Under the pieces are notes generated by a model, which was not told the origin of the DNA, ran no database searches, and was given only the letters and a program-made list of their open reading frames with translations. DNA of 64,000 bases from Spirochaetaceae bacterium (GTDB lineage: Bacteria; Spirochaetota; Spirochaetia; DSM-2461). Made by a program: the position numbers and the translations under genes. Positions 28,492 to 39,647 of this stretch are shown piece by piece; within the stretch, counting starts at the first letter, position 1, and each line of letters begins with the position of its first letter. The stretch lies in assembly GCA_051531975.1 (NCBI GenBank), contig JAOPTT010000002.1, positions 32,001-96,000 on the forward strand, in the 5' to 3' direction.

Positions 28492-29650
28492 ATATTTTCT
28501 TATATTTCTCCACCATAATTTTACTAGAAAATATATTTGCTCTATTAATATATTTAGTAGGGTTGTCATTAGTAGTATTTTTTACTTCTAAGATCTTTGA
28601 TTTTAAATCATTAATATCTTTCTCTTTTGCAAAATAACCAAGGTCGGATAGGATTTCTCTCATAATGGGTATATCAAAAGAAATAACTGGGATACCATGG
28701 TAGAATGCTTCTATGCTTGTACGACCAAAAGTCTCTGATAGACTTGGATTTATATAAACATCAGATCTATTGTATATTTCCCCAAGTTTTATTTGATCTT
28801 TAATATATCCATACTGTATAACTTCATATGAACCTAAATATTTATTTACAACCTCATTATCAATTTTATTACCAACAATATGTATAGTAGTATTAGATAA
28901 TTTTAAATCAAGTAGAGCATTTAATAAATATTTGATTCCTTTTCCTGGATTATTTACATCTGAAGCTATAAATAAAATATTGAAGTCGTTTTCAGTAAAT
29001 TTCCTGTTGACGATATATTTCTCTTCTGAGAATCCATTATATATAACACTGATATCAAAATCTTTTAATAATCCTTTTTTTAAAAGATTTTTAGATGATT
29101 CAGAAATTGTTATTAGTGATATATTAATACTATTTAGTAACGCTAATTTTTTATTATACATTTTAGAAGCTTTATCTATAAACACTTTTGGATATTTATT
29201 TAGATCTGGACAATTATTACAACCATTTACATATCCATTACAATCTAAAGGGACACAACACCTTCCAGTGGTAAGCCAAGAGTCTCTAAGCGTCCAGACA
29301 ACCTTTTTCCCTTGCTTTTGAATCTCTTTTAATAACCATATCCAATCAATAAAATAACCATGTAAATTATGTAAATGAATTATGTCTGCTTTTGAAATTT
29401 CACGTTTTATTCTTTTTCTACTCTGTATTGGGTAAAATAAAGAATCCCATCCAGTAATTCTTGTAAACATGGCATTTATATATTTTGTGAAAATATTATA
29501 TAACGTTCTATCACTTTTCTTTTCAGAAAAACCAACTAATACAGTTGAATTATAATCTTCATCATTATTTAATAATGAGGATAACTCCATAGTAGATTTA
29601 GCAGCACCAGCTTTATCAAGATATGTATTTACATGTAGTATATTTATCAT
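28466..29650 (-). CDS. Glycosyltransferase family 4 (WcaC-like)
   Basis: IIHLHNLHG, VVWTLRD.W..TGRC, KG, ETFGRTSIEA. Confidence 0.9.
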   Translation of the reverse strand: MINILHVNTYLDKAGAAKSTMELSSLLNNDEDYNSTVLVGFSEKKSDRTLYNIFTKYINAMFTRITGWDSLFYPIQSRKRIKREISKADIIHLHNLHGYFIDWIWLLKEIQKQGKKVVWTLRDSWLTTGRCCVPLDCNGYVNGCNNCPDLNKYPKVFIDKASKMYNKKLALLNSINISLITISESSKNLLKKGLLKDFDISVIYNGFSEEKYIVNRKFTENDFNILFIASDVNNPGKGIKYLLNALLDLKLSNTTIHIVGNKIDNEVVNKYLGSYEVIQYGYIKDQIKLGEIYNRSDVYINPSLSETFGRTSIEAFYHGIPVISFDIPIMREILSDLGYFAKEKDINDLKSKILEVKNTTNDNPTKYINRANIFSSKIMVEKYKKIYGGILLDS

Positions 29651-30672
29651 AAATCTCTCTTTATATCCTCAATATTACTCAGTATTTTATTATATAAATC
29701 AATGTTTTCATCACTATAATATACGACATCAATATCTATATCTTTTATTTGGTAAAATTCGGGAATAAATAATTTTTTACCATATTTATATGCGTCGAAT
29801 TCTGCACCTGATGCCTTAGTCTCTCCATAATACTCCTCAACTAATCCATATTGTGTAATTTGTCTATTAATTGGAGCTAAAATAAAATCTGATTTTACGA
29901 TATATTCATAATAATGGTTTTGACTAATGTAATAATCAAACCAGGTAAATTTTTCTTTATATTCAATTGGAAGTAGATTTAGAATTTCTATTATATTATT
30001 AGATACAACTTTACCTAAAAATACAAAAGAAACATTATTATGAATATCTATGATTTTTTTTAACATCTCTATTAGATCTACATAATTACGTCTTTTATCG
30101 TTTACAGTACCTGGTATTACTATTGATAAGGAACTTCCACTTTTATTGTTGAAAACATCTTTTAATTTTTCTTTGAATTTTACAACATGTACAGGCTTAT
30201 CAACACGCTGTAGTAGATTTTCTTTTAATGTAGAATTTAAGACTATAAACTTATCCACTTTACAATTTATGAATCTCTTTAATTTGTCTTTAAAAAATCC
30301 AAGATTTATATCTTGAAAGTTTGAATTCAAATTATGAACTGTGAGGGATAGATTTCTTCTTAATACTATAAATAGTGCCTGCAAATACATGTCTTTACTA
30401 TAAAAAGGGGTATTCCAATATATATGACCTTTAGCATGTAGTAATAATTCAAAAAAAATGACAAGGGAGTTTTTAGATTTATAAGTGTAGATTTGATCTA
30501 ATTTTAATTCAGAATTAATTTTAGATATTTCACTCTTAATATTTTCATATCCTTGCTGTGTAATATAAATTTTAATGTTTGAATCAGCATTATTCTTTTT
30601 TACATAATTAAATAATGATATACAATAATCAAAGTGATTAGGTTCTAACTCAATGATACTTATATTATTTCT
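29647..30672 (-). CDS. Putative glycosyltransferase (GT-B-like hypothetical)
   Basis: IVIPGTV...RRNY and YGETKASG...DA motifs; context among GT genes. Confidence 0.55.
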   Translation of the reverse strand, partial: RNNISIIELEPNHFDYCISLFNYVKKNNADSNIKIYITQQGYENIKSEISKINSELKLDQIYTYKSKNSLVIFFELLLHAKGHIYWNTPFYSKDMYLQALFIVLRRNLSLTVHNLNSNFQDINLGFFKDKLKRFINCKVDKFIVLNSTLKENLLQRVDKPVHVVKFKEKLKDVFNNKSGSSLSIVIPGTVNDKRRNYVDLIEMLKKIIDIHNNVSFVFLGKVVSNNIIEILNLLPIEYKEKFTWFDYYISQNHYYEYIVKSDFILAPINRQITQYGLVEEYYGETKASGAEFDAYKYGKKLFIPEFYQIKDIDIDVVYYSDENIDLYNKILSNIEDIKRDL

Positions 30673-31660
30673 CATAAGATCTACCATAAGATATAAACAA
30701 CGGTTTCATAACGGTTGTAACATAACTTTTCCTTAAAATATTAATTAAAAACATATAACGAAATCTATTTTTAACCATGTAAAATAAATTTATATAAAAT
30801 TTCATAGAATGTTGTATACCCCTAAGACAAAAGAAAACCTTTTTCATCTCTTTACTTTTTAGTGAATTATAGAAAAATCTCTCTTTCATATAAAAAATAT
30901 ATGCAGTTCTTATATATCTTGGAAAACCTAAAAAAGAAGAATCATCAAAGTAATTATCCCAAATACTAAAAGAGTTTGTAAGTTTGTTTAGTCTATCAGA
31001 ATAATTTGTAGTCATTCTGTCGTCATCTATACTAATATTTGGCATAGAGAATGCTTCCTGAGAAGTTACAACTCTTTTGTTATTGGCTGCTAATTTAAAC
31101 CATAAATCATGATCAACGCCACTTTTTATATTTTCATTATATCCACCTAGATCACTTAGCATTTCTCTATTATAAAACTGAGAACCTACTGGAGGAGTAA
31201 AACCTTTTTTAATTATATCTAGTAAAAATCCATCAAAGAATGGAGGTGTAATTCTCACAAAGCTATCACCTTTTTTGAATATATTTCCACCAAAACTTGA
31301 ATACTGCTCACTATATTTATCACATAAGATAACCATATTGTTAATAAAATCTTCATGCCATACATCGTCATCATCAATAAAAGTAAAATATTTGCCAATT
31401 CCATTTTTGATAACATAATTTCTATTATATGCTAACTTTCTATTGGTTTTATTTTTTGTATATTTAATTCGCTTATCTGAATTTACATATTCTAAAACAA
31501 CCTCATCTGTGCAATCAGTTGAATTATCATTAATTATATAAATTTCCAAATTTTTATACGTTTGGTTAATTACAGAGTTTATGCATTTTCTAAGAGATTT
31601 TTCTCTATTATAAGTTGCTATACATATTGTAACTAAGTTTCTATTATCAAGCAAAGCCAA
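30665..31660 (-). CDS. Glycosyltransferase family 2
   Basis: ICIATYNR, INDNSTD, FIDDDD. Confidence 0.9.
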   Translation of the reverse strand: MALLDNRNLVTICIATYNREKSLRKCINSVINQTYKNLEIYIINDNSTDCTDEVVLEYVNSDKRIKYTKNKTNRKLAYNRNYVIKNGIGKYFTFIDDDDVWHEDFINNMVILCDKYSEQYSSFGGNIFKKGDSFVRITPPFFDGFLLDIIKKGFTPPVGSQFYNREMLSDLGGYNENIKSGVDHDLWFKLAANNKRVVTSQEAFSMPNISIDDDRMTTNYSDRLNKLTNSFSIWDNYFDDSSFLGFPRYIRTAYIFYMKERFFYNSLKSKEMKKVFFCLRGIQHSMKFYINLFYMVKNRFRYMFLINILRKSYVTTVMKPLFISYGRSYEK

Positions 31661-31677
31661 ATCCCTCTAAAATGTTT

Positions 31678-32607
31678 CTAAAATAATGCGTAATATATAA
31701 ATTTAATTACTAATTTTAATTTAAATCCACCTAATTTTAAGGAGGCTTTAATATAGTTAATTGAATTAATTTTATCCTGCTTATCTTTGGATATTCTATT
31801 TTTTTTAAAATATAAATGGCCTAGTTTTTCAAGATAAATACACTTAGCTTTATCATATATACTATAAAGATCATTAAACTTCTCTAAATTATATTCCATA
31901 GCCGATATGTGTCTATTTATTGATAAAACACTATGTTTGCCAGTCATTCTTTCATTTGCAGTTCCAACGTATATTTTAGCAAAAAATTCAGGTATGATAT
32001 GAATATTATAACCTTGAAAGACTATTCTTCGAAAGAGATCAGAGTCGGTTCCACGTAACTGCTTCTCGTCAAAACCTCCAACTTCAAGCCAACATTTTCT
32101 TGGAATCAGGCAAACAGAACCACCAATTACGCCTCCTCCACTTAGCATTTTCTCAATTAAGTTATTTGGTAATACAGGTTTATCTTCAGTATAATTCTTG
32201 CCATCAAAGGATTTCCACCAAGCACCAACAATGCCTATATTATCAGATTCTGAACTTGAATTGAAAACTTCTATTTGTTTCTTTAATCTATCTGGATCTG
32301 TCCATTCATCATCATCACCAAGTAGGGCTATATATTCTCCTGTCGAATGTTTAAATCCTGTATTACTAACAACAGCTATACCTTTATTAGTATCATGATG
32401 AATACAAATTACCCTCTTATCTTTAATTTCATCCATTTTAATTTTTGTATTATCTGGCGAAGCATCATTAACAAGAATAATTTCTAGGTTTTCATATGTC
32501 TGTTTAAGAACACTATTTATTGATCTCATAAATACTTTTTCTCTTTTATATGTACCAATAATAATGCTTACTTTTGGTTCTTTATTTAACCCTGTGTCAC
32601 TTAACAT
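31678..32607 (-). CDS. Glycosyltransferase family 2
   Basis: VSIIIGTYKR, VNDASPD, LGDDDEW, VGGFDE. Confidence 0.9.
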   Translation of the reverse strand: MLSDTGLNKEPKVSIIIGTYKREKVFMRSINSVLKQTYENLEIILVNDASPDNTKIKMDEIKDKRVICIHHDTNKGIAVVSNTGFKHSTGEYIALLGDDDEWTDPDRLKKQIEVFNSSSESDNIGIVGAWWKSFDGKNYTEDKPVLPNNLIEKMLSGGGVIGGSVCLIPRKCWLEVGGFDEKQLRGTDSDLFRRIVFQGYNIHIIPEFFAKIYVGTANERMTGKHSVLSINRHISAMEYNLEKFNDLYSIYDKAKCIYLEKLGHLYFKKNRISKDKQDKINSINYIKASLKLGGFKLKLVIKFIYYALF

Positions 32608-32810
32608 ATGTATTAATTATTCTCCTTAAAAATTAGATTAAATGTTAACATTAATTTAATATTATTTAAATAGTGTAATTAAGGAATTACCTCTAAGAAA
32701 AATCTTAATATGATCCACTTACACTGTACCTTACAACAATTAAAAGTGGCTTATAATGTGTATTTCTTACAATTAAACATATGGATGTCCACAGTTTTTA
32801 CTTTTTTAAT

Positions 32811-34124
32811 CTAGAGTTTATATATATTCTCTGAAGAATTATTAGTCATATTTCTCAAATCCACAATTAACTTTGACTTAGAAACTATATCTTCAACATC
32901 AAAACAGCTATGATTAGTTGTAAATACAATACAATCCACATTGCTTAATAATTCATCTGTCAATTCAGAACTAATAAAATTATAACCTTTAGGTGTCTTA
33001 CAAGATTTAACAAAGGGATCATGATATATAACCTCTCCCCCTTTTTTGATCACTTCATCGATTATTTTTAATGCAGGAGACTCTCTTGCATCATCAATAT
33101 CTGATTTATATGCTACCCCTAAGAACAATATTTTTGAACCATTAATTGGTTTCTTAAACCTATTAAGAGCTGTAGATATTTTTATTTGCATACGATGTGC
33201 CATCATGTTATCTATATGACCAGCAGTCTCGATCATTTTTAAATCAAAATTGAATTTCTTTGCTATAAACTCAAGGTAGAAAGGATCCAATGGAATACAA
33301 TGACCACCGATACCTGGTCCAGGATAAAATGCTTGAAAACCGAAAGGTTTAGTCTTTGCTGCGTCAATAACCTCCCATATATCCACGTCCATTTTACCAG
33401 ATAACAATGCGAGTTCATTTACAAGTGAAATGTTTATTAATCGATATGTATTTTCTAGTATTTTAACCATTTCAGCAACTCTTGGAGAAGATACTGAATG
33501 TAAGTTTTTAATAGCTTTTCCATATAGAGACAAAGCTATTTTCTGACCATCTTCACTTAATGAGCCAACAACTTTTGGTGTATTTTCAGTTTTAAATGTT
33601 TTATTACCGGGATCAATTCTTTCAGGTGAATAACATAACCAAAAATCTTTGCCTTCTACTAATCCTGAAACCTTTTCAATTATAGGTCTCATTAAGTCTT
33701 CTGTTGTTGTTGGGTAAGTAGTACTTTCTAAAGAAATAAATGTTCCTTTTGTCATGTATTGACCTATATCGTTACAAGCTGATTCGATAAAACTCATATC
33801 TGGTTTTTTAAATTTATCAAGTGGAGTTGGTACACACATTATAGCAGCATCACATTCAGATATTCTGCTAAAATCTGATGTCGCAGATAAATTACAACTG
33901 TTAACTGCTAAAGTAAACTCTTCTTCTGTTATATCACCTATATAGTTTTTACAATTATTAATATTATCAACCTTAGTTTGATTTTTTTCAAAACCAAGAA
34001 CACGAACACCTTTATTTGCCATTAAAACAGCTAAAGGTAAACCTACATATCCTAAACCTAAAATACCAACTTGAACTGTATCATCTTCAATCTTTTTTAA
34101 TATATCATCTACTAAACTATTCAC
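32811..34124 (-). CDS. UDP-N-acetylglucosamine 6-dehydrogenase (WbpA-like)
   Basis: GLGYVGLP, ESTTYP, SPERIDPGN, GPGIGGHCIPLDP, AYK.DIDDARESP. Confidence 0.88.
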   Translation of the reverse strand: MNSLVDDILKKIEDDTVQVGILGLGYVGLPLAVLMANKGVRVLGFEKNQTKVDNINNCKNYIGDITEEEFTLAVNSCNLSATSDFSRISECDAAIMCVPTPLDKFKKPDMSFIESACNDIGQYMTKGTFISLESTTYPTTTEDLMRPIIEKVSGLVEGKDFWLCYSPERIDPGNKTFKTENTPKVVGSLSEDGQKIALSLYGKAIKNLHSVSSPRVAEMVKILENTYRLINISLVNELALLSGKMDVDIWEVIDAAKTKPFGFQAFYPGPGIGGHCIPLDPFYLEFIAKKFNFDLKMIETAGHIDNMMAHRMQIKISTALNRFKKPINGSKILFLGVAYKSDIDDARESPALKIIDEVIKKGGEVIYHDPFVKSCKTPKGYNFISSELTDELLSNVDCIVFTTNHSCFDVEDIVSKSKLIVDLRNMTNNSSENIYKL

Positions 34125-34222
34125 TAATTCTTCCTTTTCATGACAGTACTAATTACAAATATTATTATCTATTTAGATATATCAATATATACTTTCTAAA
34201 TATTAAACCATAATTTTATTTA

Positions 34223-34765
34223 TTATCTACGTTCTCCAATTTTTTTTGCTGGAACTCCTGCCCAAATCTCATAAGGTCCTGGATTTTTTGTTAATACAGA
34301 GTTTGCACCAATAACTACACCATCAGGAATATTTGTAACATTCTTAGTTACTGTCGTATAAATACCAAAATACACATCAGATCCTATAGTAATTGAAGAC
34401 CATAGGACTCCTTTTTTTTCATCTTCAGATAGAATTAGATTCTTGGTTTTAATCTGATGGTCATGGGTAAATATAGATACATGATCAGAGAATATGGTAT
34501 AATCACCAATTGAAATATCACCAACCATATCAAGAGTTATAGATTTTCTAATACTAATATGTTTACCAAATTTTAGTTCACCAACTCGTGTTTGTGGGTG
34601 AGCAACCCGTGCTATACTTCTAATTTGATCTACACTAGTACCTTTGTAACTAACTAATTTAAAATCTTCCTCTGCTGTTTTAGTTATAGAAACTACAATT
34701 TTGCTAATTTTCAGAATACCAACAAATTGTAATATTTTTTTAATAAAAGACTTAATATATTTCAT
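34223..34765 (-). CDS. Hexapeptide-repeat acyltransferase
   Basis: Left-handed beta-helix repeats; IGANSVLTK...WAGVPAK. Confidence 0.85.
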   Translation of the reverse strand: MKYIKSFIKKILQFVGILKISKIVVSITKTAEEDFKLVSYKGTSVDQIRSIARVAHPQTRVGELKFGKHISIRKSITLDMVGDISIGDYTIFSDHVSIFTHDHQIKTKNLILSEDEKKGVLWSSITIGSDVYFGIYTTVTKNVTNIPDGVVIGANSVLTKNPGPYEIWAGVPAKKIGERR

Positions 34766-35736
34766 ATAATAACATCCTCATTTACACTGTGTAATTTTTC
34801 AACTTGGCTAGTATGATGAGAGAGAATATCTATACCGTTATAGTCATATCCTGTTAATTTATAGTTTATCCATTTCCCAAAATTTTGCCTATCTTTTGGT
34901 ATTATACCAGCCAAAGCATCAATACCACTACCTACATCAATTATTACACAACCAATAACATCTCTTATCATTGATTGAAAATACAATTTTGAAATTCCAG
35001 TACCTAAAATATACAAATCACACGGGTTAGACTTACATTGGTCTATAATATCTTTACATAATTCATCAATATTATTGCAAGCACCTGTTTCAGGAATCAG
35101 AATGTAGTCATCAAATTTCTTTAATCCTAAATAATCCTGATATTCTTTGTGTTTCATAAGTTCTTCAATAATACCCAGTTTAGTCTCTGCACCAATTAAT
35201 CCAACTTTATAATCTTTTGAAATTCTTAATAGATCTCTTGTTGCTATTAATGAATAAACTACATGAAGAGGATAATATTCACGTTTAATCATTTTTCCTT
35301 CTATTGGAATCCATAACTTTCTCAGATACCAATTTATATCAAAAGACTTAATATCATTTTTCCTATAATTATCCAACCATAAGTTTAAATCAATATTATT
35401 CACATCACCTTTAGTAAAATGCCTACGAACAACATTACCTATAAATTTACCTTGTAAAAAATAAGCCTCACCATCACCACATCTAATAATTGAAAGTGGT
35501 TCCTTATTTTTTAATTTATCTTCAATATTTTTTAATAAGTCGTCATAAATGTTTTGCATGGATCCATAAAATGCAAAAGGATTTTTCATTTCTACAAGAT
35601 CTCCGTGATTATAAGTTTTACAATCACCGATTTTATATTTTGACCAAATCCAATCGCTAGATCTTAAAAGAACATAAAATGTCTTATTTAATAATGCAAA
35701 CAAACGATGTTGTACTTTGCTTATAAAAATTTTCAT
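34762..35736 (-). CDS. Hypothetical protein, possible GT-D-fold glycosyltransferase
   Basis: SIIRCGDGE and IDVGS.ID motifs resemble the GT-D fold (DUF1792-like). Confidence 0.5.
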   Translation of the reverse strand: MKIFISKVQHRLFALLNKTFYVLLRSSDWIWSKYKIGDCKTYNHGDLVEMKNPFAFYGSMQNIYDDLLKNIEDKLKNKEPLSIIRCGDGEAYFLQGKFIGNVVRRHFTKGDVNNIDLNLWLDNYRKNDIKSFDINWYLRKLWIPIEGKMIKREYYPLHVVYSLIATRDLLRISKDYKVGLIGAETKLGIIEELMKHKEYQDYLGLKKFDDYILIPETGACNNIDELCKDIIDQCKSNPCDLYILGTGISKLYFQSMIRDVIGCVIIDVGSGIDALAGIIPKDRQNFGKWINYKLTGYDYNGIDILSHHTSQVEKLHSVNEDVII

Positions 35737-35760
35737 AAAAATGAATCCCCTTAAATAGTA

Positions 35761-37032
35761 TTAACTTAATAACCTATTAATTATTGCACCTGTAATAACA
35801 CTAAAACGATGTAGTTTTTTTAGATTGTTTGTGGAAAATTTGCTTAAAGCTGAAACTATACTTTTTTTTCTGCATAATTTAAGAAAAAAGATATCTTTTT
35901 TATATATATAATAACTTGAGTTTTTTTTTCTTTTACGAACTTTTGCTTTTTTATATAATATTATATCATTTGGTAAAAATTGAGAGTCCAAGATGTTTTT
36001 CTTTTTGTTAATATATTTCTGACTTTTAAATATCTCGGAATAATCAATATCATCTATATCAAATCTATTAAGATTTAATTCATTAAAATAATCCAATCCT
36101 TTTTTTGTTCTAATAATTATATTAGATTTTCCTTTAAATGAAGTTCTATTTTTTATATAACAATCACCAAATGAAATATCACTATATTTATTTAACTTGT
36201 CTCCGCAATAATAGCATCTTTCCAACTGCAAGAATTTTTTAAGATACATTCTGTGTTTACTATCAAACCCTTCGACACCGTCTTTATACTGAAATTCTAG
36301 TTTTCCTGGCCACCCACTAGTTAATTTTCCTCTATAACTGAACTTAACAAAATCTCTATTACTATTCATCAGCTTAATTTTTAATATATCAATTATAGCA
36401 TAATTAAGTATTTGATCACAAAAAAGTCCTAAATATAATATATTAGAATCATCAATATTCTTAAGATCGCAATATTTTTTTATAGATTGAATATGGCAAG
36501 GTATTGAGACAAGAATATATTTTTTATCACTCCCTAAATATTCTAAAATATTTTCAGTACTATATACTACATACTTAGATCCAGCAGTATCTAAAACATC
36601 TTCTTTTTTCTTATATAATTCTAACCTTTTGTCCTCATAATTTAGATCTTCTGAAGGTGCCAGAAAAGCACCTTCGTGGGTTCCACTTGCTAATGACTGA
36701 ATAATAAATTCACTTATTGCACCACCACTTTGAGCTGTGAGTAAAATATCGTTATCTTTAACAGATAAGGTAGTACACCTTTTAATATTGGAAGTATTAA
36801 TATAGTCAATTGGATCGTATCCTTCATCAAGCCCCTCTTCGTAGACATTAATACCAGAACATACTTTAAGACATATACCACAGTTAGTACATTTCTCTTT
36901 ATTTACATTAGGTATCTTCATATAGCTTTCAACTTTTAATTTAATAGCATTATGAGGACAAGTTGAAGGACACACACCACATCCTGTACATAGATTATTA
37001 TTGACAGTAATTTGTACGGAATTATGCTTCAT
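35761..37032 (-). CDS. Coenzyme F420 hydrogenase/dehydrogenase beta-subunit family protein with a 2x[4Fe-4S] N-terminus
   Basis: CTGCGVC...CP, CTNCGIC...C, SGG, GSKY, IPC, GLFC, RCYYC, DISFGD. Confidence 0.88.
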   Translation of the reverse strand: MKHNSVQITVNNNLCTGCGVCPSTCPHNAIKLKVESYMKIPNVNKEKCTNCGICLKVCSGINVYEEGLDEGYDPIDYINTSNIKRCTTLSVKDNDILLTAQSGGAISEFIIQSLASGTHEGAFLAPSEDLNYEDKRLELYKKKEDVLDTAGSKYVVYSTENILEYLGSDKKYILVSIPCHIQSIKKYCDLKNIDDSNILYLGLFCDQILNYAIIDILKIKLMNSNRDFVKFSYRGKLTSGWPGKLEFQYKDGVEGFDSKHRMYLKKFLQLERCYYCGDKLNKYSDISFGDCYIKNRTSFKGKSNIIIRTKKGLDYFNELNLNRFDIDDIDYSEIFKSQKYINKKKNILDSQFLPNDIILYKKAKVRKRKKNSSYYIYKKDIFFLKLCRKKSIVSALSKFSTNNLKKLHRFSVITGAIINRLLS

Positions 37033-38221
37033 TTATATTTACCAAATTTTCTAAAACTTCATTTATACATAATTCTGACTCTATTTTAATTTTGTCAATT
37101 TTATTTAATATAAGATTTTTTTCTTGAGTATAGTTTACATTTATCGTATTTATACTATTTTCAAGAAGTTTTAGATCTATATCTGAATCAAACTTTAATA
37201 AATATTGCTCCTGATTGAACATCTTAGCAATTTCAAGATATTTCTCAGCCCAACCTAAAATCAGGGATGGTGTTGCCACAGAATAAGCTAATACTAAAGA
37301 GTGGAATCTAGATGAGATAATATAATCAAATTGAGATACTATCCTTTCCATCTCAAAACAGTTGTATTCTTCGAAAAGACAATGAACCTTATGCGGTGAT
37401 AAAAGGCTTATTTTGTCACAAAGCTCTTTATCTTGTTCACTACAATGATTTAAAAGATATACATTTTTACCTAGTTTATTAAGATAGTCTATAATATGAA
37501 TATATGCCTCAAGAACTGTTTTCTCACCAATTCTTTTACACACCTGTAAATTAGGAACGATACATACACTATTATTCATTATCTCATAATTATAGTGTAG
37601 TTTTGTATTAAATATTTGATTTTCTAGTTTAATATCCAATGAAAACCCGGTATCATAACAAACTCTATGATTTGAAAAACCAATACTTTTAAGATAAATG
37701 GAACTTTGTTCATCCCTTACAAATACTTTTTCAGCATTGTTTAGTGTCTTCTTTATTCTTTTGATAACATCTGCTTTAAATTCAAATGGACCCATTGATT
37801 GAGGCATTAAATAATACTTCTTTTTTAACTTAATGAGTAAATTCTTATTTTCAATAAAATACTCATTTGCAACCATGCTAAATTTTGATGAATATGAAAA
37901 TCCAGTAACGTCAATAAATAAGTCACACTTATTTAGCGCATCAAAATATGATGTTATATTTCCTCTAAATCTACGAACTATATTTCTAATTACAGGAATT
38001 TTTAATAAACCTAAATATTTATATACAAAAGACTGTATTTTTTGTGAAAAATAGATAACTTCAACATCTATATCAGGATATCTCGTTAAGTTACTTTTAT
38101 TAGATACGAATACATTTATGGTAGAATTGGGATATTTTTCTTTGATTCTAGATGAAACATTGAAGACCATAGTCTCCGCACCTTTGTTTGTAAATCCTCC
38201 ACCTATTATTCCTATTTCCAT
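37022..38221 (-). CDS. Polysaccharide pyruvyl transferase family protein
   Basis: NKG.E.M, PQSMGPF, VRD..S, SRFHS...A, WAEKY. Confidence 0.9.
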   Translation of the reverse strand: MEIGIIGGGFTNKGAETMVFNVSSRIKEKYPNSTINVFVSNKSNLTRYPDIDVEVIYFSQKIQSFVYKYLGLLKIPVIRNIVRRFRGNITSYFDALNKCDLFIDVTGFSYSSKFSMVANEYFIENKNLLIKLKKKYYLMPQSMGPFEFKADVIKRIKKTLNNAEKVFVRDEQSSIYLKSIGFSNHRVCYDTGFSLDIKLENQIFNTKLHYNYEIMNNSVCIVPNLQVCKRIGEKTVLEAYIHIIDYLNKLGKNVYLLNHCSEQDKELCDKISLLSPHKVHCLFEEYNCFEMERIVSQFDYIISSRFHSLVLAYSVATPSLILGWAEKYLEIAKMFNQEQYLLKFDSDIDLKLLENSINTINVNYTQEKNLILNKIDKIKIESELCINEVLENLVNINEA

Positions 38222-38232
38222 TATTAACCTTC

Positions 38233-39570
38233 CTATTTGATTTGATTTGATTTGATAGATTGTATCTTTTTATAGATATATCTTGGTATAAAAAATATTG
38301 ATTTCAACATTAAAAAACATATTTCTTTTGTTTTCTTATAAAACATGAACAAAATAAAATGAGTAAATCCATATGCTATTAGCGTAGCTATAGCTGCACC
38401 AATTCCACCATAATTTGGAATTAGCACAATATTTAAAATAATATTTACGATTGCTCCAGCAATACTTCGTATTAAAATAAATCTAGAATGTTTCTCTAAA
38501 ATTAACCACTTACTTGAAACAATTCCCCAAAATACAAATATTCCTGAAAAAATATGTATTGATAGTATTTTGTCTGCACCAGAAAATTCATCTCCATATA
38601 ATAGCTGAATTATAAATCCAGCTGAGAACATTATGATTATAGCTAAAAGACATGATATGCTGAACATTAAATCAAAACAGAATTGTAAATGTTTCATATA
38701 TAACTTTTTTGATTCTTTTTTTGATTTTATTAGAAGTGGATATAATGATGCCATAAGAATACTTGGAATAAAATAAATCTGTTCAGATAGACGCACAGAT
38801 GAAGAATAAATTCCTAAAGTTTCTAAACCTAAAATATTCCCCAACATAATTTGATCAATCTTAATATAAATAATTGATGAAAATGCTGAAAAGATTATCC
38901 ATTTTGACTCTTTTAAAAGGGTTTTTACTAACTTAAAATCAAAATCTTTTCTAGAAAATTTTATACTAGAAACTTTTTTGAATAGAAGACTTGAAACTAA
39001 AGCAGATATAAACTTAGATAAGACTTCCAAAATTGCAAAAAAAACCAAAGAGAACTTTGAAACTACTCCAATCACCTTAAAGAAACTATTTGTGATTATT
39101 AATGCACCATTTGAGAATACACTGTATTTAGCTAAGATCTGAGAACGAAACCATGAACCGGAAACACCTGTTATAGGTGCAAATAATAGAGTAACAGAAA
39201 CAATTGGTAGAAGCTTTGAGATTCTTTCATCTTTAAAATCGTAGAAGAAAGAAAATAAACATATAACTGTAACACATATAACACCAACTATTAGCTTCAT
39301 TACAATTACTGTGAATAATATTTTATTATGATTTTCAGGATTATCAATTAACTCTCTTTGTAATAATCCATTTAATCCCAGATGTACTAATGGCGAACAA
39401 AAGGATATTATTGAAAGAACGTAACTTAAAGCACCCAGCCGCTCAGGACCAAGGTACCTGATAGTAATAATACCAACTGTAAAACCTAATACAACCGACA
39501 ATATTTTTTCGAGCAACAACCAGCCAGAATTAAGAATATATTTTTTATACTTGTATAATACGGTTTTCAT
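38233..39570 (-). CDS. wzx: Oligosaccharide flippase (Wzx)
   Basis: MOP family: NSGWL, RYLGPE..G, KIDQIML, NI.LIP.YG..GAAIAT. Confidence 0.9.
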   Translation of the reverse strand: MKTVLYKYKKYILNSGWLLLEKILSVVLGFTVGIITIRYLGPERLGALSYVLSIISFCSPLVHLGLNGLLQRELIDNPENHNKILFTVIVMKLIVGVICVTVICLFSFFYDFKDERISKLLPIVSVTLLFAPITGVSGSWFRSQILAKYSVFSNGALIITNSFFKVIGVVSKFSLVFFAILEVLSKFISALVSSLLFKKVSSIKFSRKDFDFKLVKTLLKESKWIIFSAFSSIIYIKIDQIMLGNILGLETLGIYSSSVRLSEQIYFIPSILMASLYPLLIKSKKESKKLYMKHLQFCFDLMFSISCLLAIIIMFSAGFIIQLLYGDEFSGADKILSIHIFSGIFVFWGIVSSKWLILEKHSRFILIRSIAGAIVNIILNIVLIPNYGGIGAAIATLIAYGFTHFILFMFYKKTKEICFLMLKSIFFIPRYIYKKIQSIKSNQIK

Positions 39571-39647
39571 TTATTAGCCTAATTTTCCCTTTTTTCATTA
39601 TACCACTTATTAATTCTATAATTATATTATGAGTAGTTTATTTGAAG

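Noticed and set aside
28492..28569. N-terminal extension of the wzy-like ORF given in the track (similar cases at 3644-3679, 4888-4911 and 14358-14378)
   Set aside because: Most create long overlaps with upstream genes; downstream starts fit the family N-termini and SD positions better.
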